DNA of 60,992 nt, counting the filler, from Dirinaria sp. TL-2023a (Eukaryota), in the NCBI GenBank assembly GCA_051941275.1. It is 14 parts of 14 records of this genome, joined end to end, with 100 filler letters (N's around TTAATTAATTAA, not from the genome) between each part and the next. Parts side by side here need not be neighbours in the genome. Positions count along the whole stretch, not along the records: positions 34,986 to 39,247 come from JAVEBF010001877.1; positions 39,348 to 43,609 come from JAVEBF010001878.1; positions 43,710 to 47,961 come from JAVEBF010001879.1; positions 48,062 to 52,308 come from JAVEBF010001880.1; 10 more parts are not named here. One strand, written 5' to 3'. This document shows, one piece after another, positions 38,538 to 48,520 of this stretch. The stretch's first letter is position 1; the number at the start of each line of letters is the position of its first letter. The position numbers and the translations under genes are program-made. The notes under the pieces are model-generated. The model was not told the origin of the DNA. It searched no databases and saw nothing but the letters and a program-made list of their open reading frames with translations.

Positions 38538-39980
38538 GCAGCGATACGTACTTACATTTTGCATCTTGGCGAACATAATTGGGCTTAGCGGGCTGAATTG
38601 GAAAAATAGCAATTTCACTACATAGCGAAAAGGGGGGGGAAGGACCACCAGCTGGTTTGGCAATATTGCCTCCATATCTTTTTTTTTTTTTTTTTTTAAA
38701 AAAAACAACACGAAGCTATGAAAAAAAGAATTCGTAGGAGCTGCCAAAATATACAGGGCGTAAGTAAAACGTCAAAACTCCTCCCATCCAAATTTATATA
38801 ATCATAACTATATTAGAAGTCATGGGGGAAATAAACGTGTGCTATTTAGACTTAACTCAGAAAGCGAGCGGCGTGTGTAGATGATAGGAAAATCAAAACC
38901 AATGATCAGATCCTCGCTTCCTTTTTTCCTTCCCTCGTAGCCCGGTCATTGAATCTCAAGATAAAAGCGTTGAAATAAGACAGAAAAACCCCTCGCTGAA
39001 AGATCAAGTGCAGCGCACGCCAAACACAAGTAAGATACAAAGAAGCAAATTTCGCTCTCCAGCCAAAGCCTGATATAGAAACCGACTACCTTATGTTTTA
39101 AAAAACGAACGGGAACACATAAAATACCTCCATAATGTACTCTCCAACTGGTAGCTCAGCTCAGGAACCACAACCTCCCCAAAAAAGCCCATCTATCTAG
39201 CTTCTCCCAGCATTCTTCTTCATCTATCAATCTATGTAAAGTAAAGTNNNNNNNNNNNNNNNNNNNNNNNNNNNNNNNNNNNNNNNNNNNNTTAATTAAT
39301 TAANNNNNNNNNNNNNNNNNNNNNNNNNNNNNNNNNNNNNNNNNNNNGGATTTATGGTGTGATTTTGAGAGGAGGGTTTTTAAAGATTATGGGGATGGTG
39401 GTTATTGTGTTGATTCTGGAGTGTATATTGGGTTGGTTATTTTTTTTTTGTGTGTGTCTTTGGGCTATGCGATCTCCCCCGCCCTCAAACAATCGGCAAA
39501 AGAGTAGGTAGATGAATCCCAGATACCAGTAAAGGAGCGGCCTGTTTGTCCGAGTGCCATGGGCTTTCTCCTAGGATGAAAAACTTTTTTTCTTTTCTTT
39601 GAGAATTGCGTAGAAGTCGGGAGTTGATGTTGGGACTCATGAGTTGAGCTACTTTCCTGAATAAAACGAAAAAGTATCTTATATCAAAGGGTATCCTCAT
39701 GAGCCAGTACGGAGTACTGCACATTGCGAAACCCCCAGCTGCCGCATCACATAATTGGCTGGCTGTCGCGTGCTCGACTGCAGAAGCCACCCACTCCCCA
39801 AAAATCTCCTCAATCCTTCCGATCCGACGTCCAGACACGGGCTCGCTTATGCTCGCTTTCCATGCGCGATCCCAAAAATCTCCGTTACCACATTACTCGG
39901 GTCAAGCTCACCATTCCTCTCAAACCACCAAAATCTGCTCACCTTTCTTGAGAGCCTCCCTTTCCCTTCATACATACGGC

Positions 39981-40593
39981 ATGCAAATCACAGCCTCTCT
40001 TCTCATCCTCATTCTTCTCCCCGTTCCGGCATACTCCCGCATCCTCCCTCTGCCACTGAACCTCACAGCCTCCGTTCCTCTCTCCTTTTTCCACAACATC
40101 ACCACCCGCCCCTCAAGTACCTATCCATGGGAATGCTTCACGTCGCCCAATCCTCGGATCCAGCCCACGACTCTCGAAGCTTGCTTGGGTATCTCACGTG
40201 CCCTCAACGAACTCGATCCCACAGGCCTCGAAGACTTCCTGTTTTCGCCTCGCTCCGTGGCGGATATAAGGCTGCCGTTCTATCTGCGCTGGGATAACTG
40301 TGTATTGGATGTGAGGGGCATTGAGGCTGACAGTTGGGATGTTTTTCCCATAAGGTTGTTGTCGGATGCAGTCATCTATTTAGCGAGGACGTGGGTTTTA
40401 TTTTTTTTGCCTTCTTACTCGCTTTTGGGAATGATGGAGAGTCCCAGGAGGGTAGAATGCAAATACTGATTTGGGTCTCTGCAGGTGTGTGGAGAGTAGT
40501 GAACATTTAGGTGGTTGGGGAAAAGTGGGCTTTCATGGGCGCCTAGTGATGGGTCTTGTAGGAATAAGGCATTTGGAGGGGAGAGAAGAGTGA
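39981..40593 (+). CDS. Small secreted cysteine-containing protein (172 aa, 4 Cys)
   Basis: Signal-peptide-like MQITASLLILILLPVPAYS; intron 40391-40484 (GTGGGT...CTGAT...CAG) restores TCVESSEHLGGWGKVG and a stop at 40591-40593. Confidence 0.75.
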
Positions 40594-42394
40594 AGGAGCA
40601 GATCCCGTGGAAGGTTGCAGCGCTCTTTGATTGGTATGTTACCCTTCCTACCTTATTATGGTGGATAAAGCATTGTCATTTTAGCGCGATTGGGCATGGT
40701 GTCTATCAATTGCCATGGGAAAGTCTGTACTATGACCGTCGCATCAACTCACGAGTAAAGAGCGTACGATACTAAAGGTTCAGCCTGGTTGAACGCGACG
40801 TAGTCCTCGTGGAAGAGAGGAGGACCAATAGAACCAAGAGCGAGGCAAAACCCGTACTCGTCAGACCTAAACGGTCACATAGATTATTGGAACCTGAAAT
40901 AGGGTCAAGCGGCGAATATGGACTGGACTGAGAACTGCATAACTTGCACTCATGCAGCATTGGAGAGACTGCTCAGTACTTGCTCATCACAGACGGTGGG
41001 GCTTTTTTGGACGTCGTGTGTGTAACGTATGGTGCTGTGCTATTTGCAATCTTAGCACGCCGCTATTGAGCATTAGCCTAGGTTCACAGCGTATTAAGGG
41101 GAAGTCAGTATGTGTCCTTGTAATGGACTAGACCCAGGGCCAACGCATAGAAGTATGGACTGCCCGCGAACAGATACATTGGTAGTACGATGTTATTCGA
41201 GCTCTTGAACAGGTACCGGAGCCGTTTTTCTACTCTGAAAAAAGCACTTTGAGTGAGATTAGGTTGACAAGCGATCGTGCTTCGAGACAGCAGGTGTCAC
41301 GCTTGACCCCAAAAGGGACAGAGAAAGGAGGCATCAGCATTCTCAATGTACCGAGATACATCATGTTACGCACATCTGCGCCCTGTCGTCCATGTTCTTC
41401 GGAGACAAGGCATGCATGCAGCTTTCTAGGCTTCGCATTGCAGGATGCAAGACTGGCCACTCCTGTTTTGAATAGAATTGGCCCGCAAAGAACGGCTGAA
41501 ATCAACGGGCGGGACAGTATCATTTTAGAAAGTGGCGCACTGCGCATTGCGACTCAACAAATGAAATCATTTAAGGTGAGCAGAGAAAGAAAAATCATAG
41601 ATACGCGACCACCGAATCATCGATTCCAAGACCGTGTCGGCTATCGCGTTTTATTTCGGATGGGTTTAGCAAATCATCTATCGCCATTTCTAGCAACCTC
41701 ATGAGCCAAAGCCGGTGCTGGAGCTAAGAACAGCTTTGGTTAAGGTTGGAATGAGGGACTCATAAGATCGAGACACCAAAGCAAAAGGACGTATATGCCT
41801 TGCGCACGCTGCTTATCGGTTCCTCCATGTCCTGGACGAAAGTCATATAGACCAATCGAAAAATACCCCTGTAGTCAGGACACTGCATGATCAAGCCATT
41901 GTCCTTGCACGGCACCAGGAAAGAGAGAACGCTAAAGATCTAGATACTGCTTCCAGTTCTTGCGCAGACCCCTCCGGCGCCGACTGTCAGCACACACATG
42001 GTATACAGCAGTGATATAGTGCAAAAATATGGTAAGGTAGATGTTTGTAAGAAGCTGGAAGTTGAAGGAAGTGCGCCCTGCTGACTAATCAGGATGACTC
42101 TCGGCAGCGCCAAGAAAATCAGGGGCATCCAAGGGAAGGGACGGAGGCTGGACCGCTAGAGAAAGGAAGCGGGGGAGATGGAAGAACACAACAACATTTT
42201 CTGTTTTGATGCCTTCCCCGCCACGCAGAGAGACATTGGCCATTGAAACTTCCTCCTACTCGCTCTTATCATATTTCGATGATCCGCAGTCTGTCTTAAG
42301 ACCAACCTTTTCGCTCTGAGGAGGAATAATTGCAAAAGAAGCCGCGGTCGTCCCCGCTTGACGACAACCTACCATCGATTGACATTCGATTGGC

Positions 42395-43609
42395 ATGGCA
42401 TTTGCTCCGCCAATCGCCAGAGACGGCTTTCACTATAACGGAGATCTCTATGTTGAAGTGGGAAACCTCAATCGACACAAACGCGCTTCAATCCCAGAAA
42501 TCACCTCCATTCTTCGCCCCGACCTGAAGAAGCCCAAGAACGCTGCAGCTTCGTCTCCACCCAAAGATCAAGTAGGGCACTGGTACGAAGCTCAATTGAT
42601 CCACTATGGCCTGCCGCCATCGAAAGACAAAGCAAGAGCCAAGATGCGGCTACTCGAGGCACTCAACAGCTCCAAGCTAGTGGTGCCGGCTTGGATTGAC
42701 AAGTTGGAAGGGGACTTGAAGAAGGAGTACGCCGCTGCGGATCGGAAAGCAAAGGCGCAATACAAGGCAAGTATGACCGCTGCGGGCCAGAGCAATGCTG
42801 CAGTGAATACGAAGAAGCGGAAGCAGCCGGAGGCTACCACCACCACCAACAGCATCAACGTCAACATCAACTTCGGACCTCATGGGACTCCCCAATTCCC
42901 AATGATGCCGTACACCGCAGCCGCCGAGTTCGACGGCGCACATACAGATGAGGCTCCAAAGAAGAAGGCGAAGAAATCCGCAGTTACGGCATCGACCAAC
43001 GCTGGAGGTGGGAAACCGAAGGCCGGTCAGGATCCTGCACCCGAACCCCCGCGCAAAAAACAGACTGCCAAGAAGTCTTCCACTTTACCGGCCCAGTCCT
43101 CCAAAGCTGTAAAGCAACGCTTCGACGATGAGGATATCGCCGCTCAAACCGCGCTGGCCGAGATGCTCAGCCCGAAAAAGAAAGCGCCTGCCTCAAAACC
43201 GAGTCCAGCAGCAAAACCAACCGCCAACACCAAACCGACACCGAAAGCTAAAAAAGAACCCGTCATCAAGAACGAGCAGGCCCCCACAAAAAACTACCCA
43301 ACCGCAAAAGCCACATCCTCAGCAGTCAAAAAAGAACCTCTGATCAAGAAAGACCCCGACACGAAACCCTCCTCCTCCCCACCCAAAAAACTCGGCCTCA
43401 TAAACGGCTACTACACCATCACCTGCCCGACCATCTCCCAAGAATGGCCCTCCTTCGCCACAGACCTCTCTCTGATCCTCTGCCTCGACACCCCCGGGAT
43501 CTGGGGCTCCTACGACTTCGGCATGTTCTCCGGCGTCCTGCACATGCAGGAGCGACCATGGGAACCTTCTTCCCGCAACGGGATCCCCTGCCGGTGGCGG
43601 GGGCGCGAG
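42395..43609 (+). CDS. Conserved fungal hypothetical protein with K/P/A-rich linker (3' truncated)
   Basis: >400 codons open to the contig end; ordered N-terminal block HWYEAQLIHYGLPPSKDKARAKMRLL and C-terminal GIWGSYDFGMFSGVL...WRGRE. Confidence 0.8.
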
Positions 43610-43709
43610 NNNNNNNNNNNNNNNNNNNNNNNNNNNNNNNNNNNNNNNNNNNNTTAATTAATTAANNNNNNNNNNNNNNNNNNNNNNNNNNNNNNNNNNN
43701 NNNNNNNNN

Positions 43710-46528
43710 GATTCAACAAGCATGTGAGAACTGTCCCTCAATTCGACTGTGTGACGCCATCTCTCATTCGACGCGTTCTCCGATCCGAAAAAGCCGTTCA
43801 TTACGTCGAAAGTATGACGCAAATGAATAGCGATTCCTTATCTGTTCTTCTGTCGTTCATCATCCCAGAAGCCGATGATGACTTCGCAGAGCTCGACGGT
43901 TGCACAATTCTACCCCTTATGGATGGAGGACTGGGAACATTATCGCTGAGGACGGGGAACGCCCAAGCCACGAACGACCACACCTTCTTCTCCGCGAGCG
44001 CCGAGTGCCGGAGGCTCTTTTCATTCGCGCCATCATACTTCTCAGAAGACAAAGCGAACGAGGAGTTTGTGGGGAAAATTTTGGACTCTGGGCGGTTCAA
44101 TATCAAAAGGTTCAAAAAGAGTCATGTACATGTGATGTTGAAGTGCAAGAAAACTTGGGCAGCCGATACAGCATCGAAGAGGTGGCTGTTTGATTTCTGG
44201 GACTACATGAATTCGACTTCTCAAACCGCAGAGCATCCTACCGAACCAAAGGCCTTGAACCTCGAATGCCTTCAACATTTTCCACTCCTTCTTTTTCACC
44301 AAGGTTGCACAGAAACGCTGGCAAGTTTAGACTATTTTCGAAATAACCCTGCCGTTCTGAGTTCGGGTGTTGACGAACACGAGGATCTTTACACGGACTT
44401 TCCAGAGCTGGGAATTGTCGACTCTAGAACCATCCCCAAGAGCTACTGCGAGGCTGAAAAGTCCTTGTCGAGTGTGAACTCAATGAATCGCTTTTTGAAA
44501 AGCTTAGAGATTCTGGCGAGGAGAAGCGCTCAAGGCTTTACTGAATTCGTGGGATCAAAATTAAAGGAAAAGAATATCAAGGTTAGTTGGCCCTATTTTT
44601 GATTAGATTGAACCGTGCTGAATTCTGGGTGGAAGGTTTTGCGGACTATCCTCATGAGTCTCACGCTTCAGATTGCTCCCTCGCTGTGCGTCGCTACAAA
44701 TGATCTTCCCGTATGGCGGCGTATCGCGTCTAGGAATGGGTACCTGACCGCCAGGGAAGCTCTTGTGGCCCAAGATCCAGCATTCGTGGTACCATGGATG
44801 AAGGAATATCATCATTTCACAGACGGTAACAATTCGTTCCCAATTCCAACGATTGGCAGTGTGCAATTGCTAGAAGATTACGTCCTCCCAAATCTCCCAC
44901 AATGCGTCGACGAAACTACTCAAGACTCGTATATCCAACTGGTGAATGCAATACCTTATAACTCTTCGTTGAAGCAAAAGATGAACAAGAAGAAGAAGAC
45001 TCGATGTTTCATCGTCCCATTGATGGAATATCGTCTTGCAGCCGGACAGAACGGTGAACTTCGCCTCGCGTCTGCTCTTTACGATCATAGTGACGCGGTC
45101 TTTGCCGCCGCTTTTCGTTCTGAGGCTTCAGACAAGTTTTTGATGCCGGAAGTTCGCCATCACTTATCGTTCTGGCATGAAATCGGCCTTCGCCGTCGTG
45201 AGTATGGCCGATTTAAAGGGCCTGACTATCTGGCCTGCCTACACGCCCTTGAGTGCCGCTTGAACGGTCCCGCAGACCCGCATTTGGCGGCTGATACTCA
45301 GGTCGTTCTCTACCCTCTTTGCGCCAACGATAGCTCCTTGAACGAGTTAAGTCCAAACATATGGAGCGCCATAGCCAAGTTAGATATATTCCCCGTGATG
45401 TTGGTGCGGGAAAATGAGCCTGAGTATCGAAGGGCCCGAACTGAAGTGTTAGCGTTGCAAAAGAACACATTGAGCCTCGAGAACATCGTTCGACATGAAT
45501 TTGCCGCACTTTGCTGGAGCCAGACGGCCTTTGCACTTCATGAACCGTCAAGCTTGTCGATTCAAAACGGCGGATCAAAGAGTCGGCCAAACTGCGCAAT
45601 AGTGTGGGAGCATTTGATGTTTCTAGCGGAAACCGCACGGTCAATCATAGAGGCTGAAATTGAAAGCTTCGTGAACGATCTTCAGAAAACTTACGAATTC
45701 CTCCATCTCAATCTACATGAAAGCAAAGACACGTTCAGCGACACAAATGCGGCAATATGGTGGAATGCGGAGGTGACGAACTCGAATCTGATTGGTCTGG
45801 ATGTCCTTCACTCATCGTGGACCAGTCTTGAAAACCTTATATTGGACAGTCCGTGCGATGCACCGCCGCTCATGATGGTCAATGCGTTTCTGGGACGTTT
45901 CACGAGTCTGTTAAAGGAGATTGGATGCAAATCCTTATACTATCCCTCAATCGCTCTTCCCTCCTGGAATCGATCCGAAACAGCCTTTGCCGCTATACGG
46001 CAGCTGCGTGAGAAAGAAATCCTTAACGATGTGAGATTCGAGGCTGAAGGAAATGTAATCTCCGCTCACAAAGTCATCCTCGCAAGTCGATCTCTATACT
46101 GCGAGAAGCAATTCCACGGACCGTGGGCCTTTGAATCCGAAAGCAGTACGAATAACAAACCAGTCAAATTAGAAGACATGACGTACGCGACTCTCAAGAT
46201 CCTGATTGAATACTGCTACGACGATCATCTCGACTGGGCCGCTGGCATGCATGTCCAAGAGGAAGATGACTCGTCAGTAATTGCTGAGAAGCTCGATGCA
46301 TTACTCGATGTTCTTATAGCTGCCGATCGATGGCTGATGCCTGACCTGCATCTCGACGCCCATCGACAGGTGATTCGCGGCATCCGGTTCTTCGTTCGGC
46401 CCGAGAATGTCAAGCAAGTGGGAAAGGTAGCTGACGAGGCAAATGCAGAGGAATTGAGGAAGTACTGCGAAGAATATAGCATCGAAAATGCAGAGGCGGT
46501 TTTATTGGCAAGTGTGGAGGATGGATGA
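43710..46528 (+). CDS. Large sacsin-like repeat protein with C-terminal BTB/POZ domain (5' truncated)
   Basis: Two long ORFs joined in frame by intron 44582-44635. BTB motif DVRFEAEGNVISAHKVILASRSLYC...LKILIEYCY...LIAADRWLMPDL. Upstream motifs (ILPLMDGGLGTL, LRLASALYDHSDAVFAAAF, FWHEIGLR) resemble fungal sacsin-like proteins. Confidence 0.75.
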
Positions 46529-46959
46529 ATGGAGTCAACGACAACGCAGGGAATTTGCATTCTTGGCTCAATGTGTCTACTACATGAATCTGCTCCTCGT
46601 ATGCACACTCTCTATCTTCAGAATCTTGCAATAAACACAAGCACTTCATTCAGAACACTTCCTTTCCGAACGTGAAATATAGGATTCGGCCCGCGCCGCT
46701 GTGAAGTGCTTCAAAGAACCTTCTAGAGCCATTATCAGGCCGCTATTTTCGAAACGTGGGCCACGGTTGAAGGTAGCCACTGGGCCTAAATTAGGTAAAG
46801 CTTCACTATCTAAAGTGGCTAGAATTCTTTTCGATAACTTAAGGACTACCTACGGAGACTCAGCAACCATTCAGATAGATCGAAGATGTCCACTTTCCAT
46901 ACACCTAACACTTTGCGGTCCTACTGTTTTCGTGATAGCGACGTGCTTGTCTAAAGACT

Positions 46960-47686
46960 GACGAGATCCACTTCTGTTCATGCGTGTCGTACTGAGCCTT
47001 CCTATCGCAATGCGCATGGCCTTGACATTCTCAATATTCCTGTCGACAGTTTCTTTCTATAAAAACTTCATAAGATCGACTGCAAAATCTTCGACATCGC
47101 GAGCGACTTCATGAAGAGTTTCCGCGAAGGCTGAAAGTTTTACGTATAATTCGGCTGTTTTCGCGACGATAATCTGTCTTGTTTCATGGTTTCGAGTGAC
47201 GTACATCTCTTGAATGTAATGAACGAGCTCGTCAGATGGCATTTTGAATTGCAGTTGAGATCTGAGCAATCAATTCAAGAGCAAGTATTTTCAGACCTTT
47301 TATTTTGAAACGACGCGCAAGGGAAACCACTGTTGAATTTATAAGTACTTCAGGTTCGTCATCAAAGACGTGAGTTCAGTTCTCTGCAAACTCCAAAATT
47401 CTCGAAATCTACCTATATCATCAAGAGTTTCTGTAGGCGATATGGAATAACTCTCCTCATACATATACTAAAAGACCCTTCAATGCGAATACACACTTTT
47501 TTCGCCGCTGATGGATCGAATAAATAGTATCTTTGCCTCTGAACACAGCACGAGAATATTGTCTATGAGAGAACTAGATCGAGCAAGAATTATTCTGTGA
47601 GCAAAAAATTCTATTCACGTAGAAAGAAATCAAACTCTAATGTCAGAGTAATTAACGATGTTAAAAAATATCATAAAAATCAACAT
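46960..47686 (-). pseudogene. Degenerate BTB/POZ-domain gene
   Basis: Hand translation of the minus strand: FFNIVNYSDIRV*FLST*IEFFAHRIILARSS...H*RVF*YMYEESY...DDEPEVL...VVSLARRFKIKGLKILA (frameshift) ...HYIQEMYVT...RQIIV...VEDFAVDLMKFL*. BTB hallmarks (YSD, AHRIIL, YMY, FAVDL) with at least 5 stops. Confidence 0.75.
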
Positions 47687-48520
47687 GCGTTATGTCTACA
47701 GCAGAAGATATTAAAAAGATCTTTTAATCACATTGTTTTTAGATATCTCGAAATTAGTGAGAAAAGTCATTACTTTCTGCATTGTGATTTTATGAATGAG
47801 TTAAGTTGCTGAGTGCAAATAAAGCTGTCTTTATAGAATCTCGATTGAGCTTTGATTTAGTTTCTTTTATAGTGATTATTAATCTTCAGTCAAAAGGACT
47901 TTTGAGATAACTGAGAAACGACATTAATTAGTTTTTGGAGAATCGATAGTATGAACTCGATNNNNNNNNNNNNNNNNNNNNNNNNNNNNNNNNNNNNNNN
48001 NNNNNTTAATTAATTAANNNNNNNNNNNNNNNNNNNNNNNNNNNNNNNNNNNNNNNNNNNNATCTTCAACCACCTATCTATACATACATCTTCTCATTTC
48101 TAAAAAAAATAAAAGTCTCGACTGCTTACATCTCAAACGCCTCTTTCTCTCTTTCTCATTTTTTCGTATGTCTTTCAACGAGGTAAATATAAATGAAAAA
48201 ACAGAAGAAAAATTGCTTCGGTTCTCAGGATAGAATAAAATAGATTTCAAAACAGGAAGGGGGAAGGAGGGATGCATCGCTCTGCCGCGCCTGGGGTTTT
48301 TTGCTTTCTTTTTTTTTTTGGGTAGGGAGGGGGAAGGTTCATAACTTCGAGGGAGAGAGGATGTGATATATTATGAGAGATTAACATGGTTTGAGAGGGA
48401 TTGGTGAGTTCTGATGCTAGCAGACCAGACTAGTAGTAGATCGATAAGTCCAGGGGAATACCTCAGTGCATGTGATCGAACCGCTGAACTGAATAGTACC
48501 TATCTCAACTACCTTCCTAA

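Noticed and set aside
39150..39185. GGTAGCTCAG resembling a tRNA A-box
   Set aside because: No cloverleaf, anticodon arm or GTTCRA T-loop follows.
34986..47961. Apparent cluster of Zn2Cys6 factor, secreted protein and BTB genes
   Set aside because: The genes lie on three different contigs joined artificially, so their adjacency carries no information.
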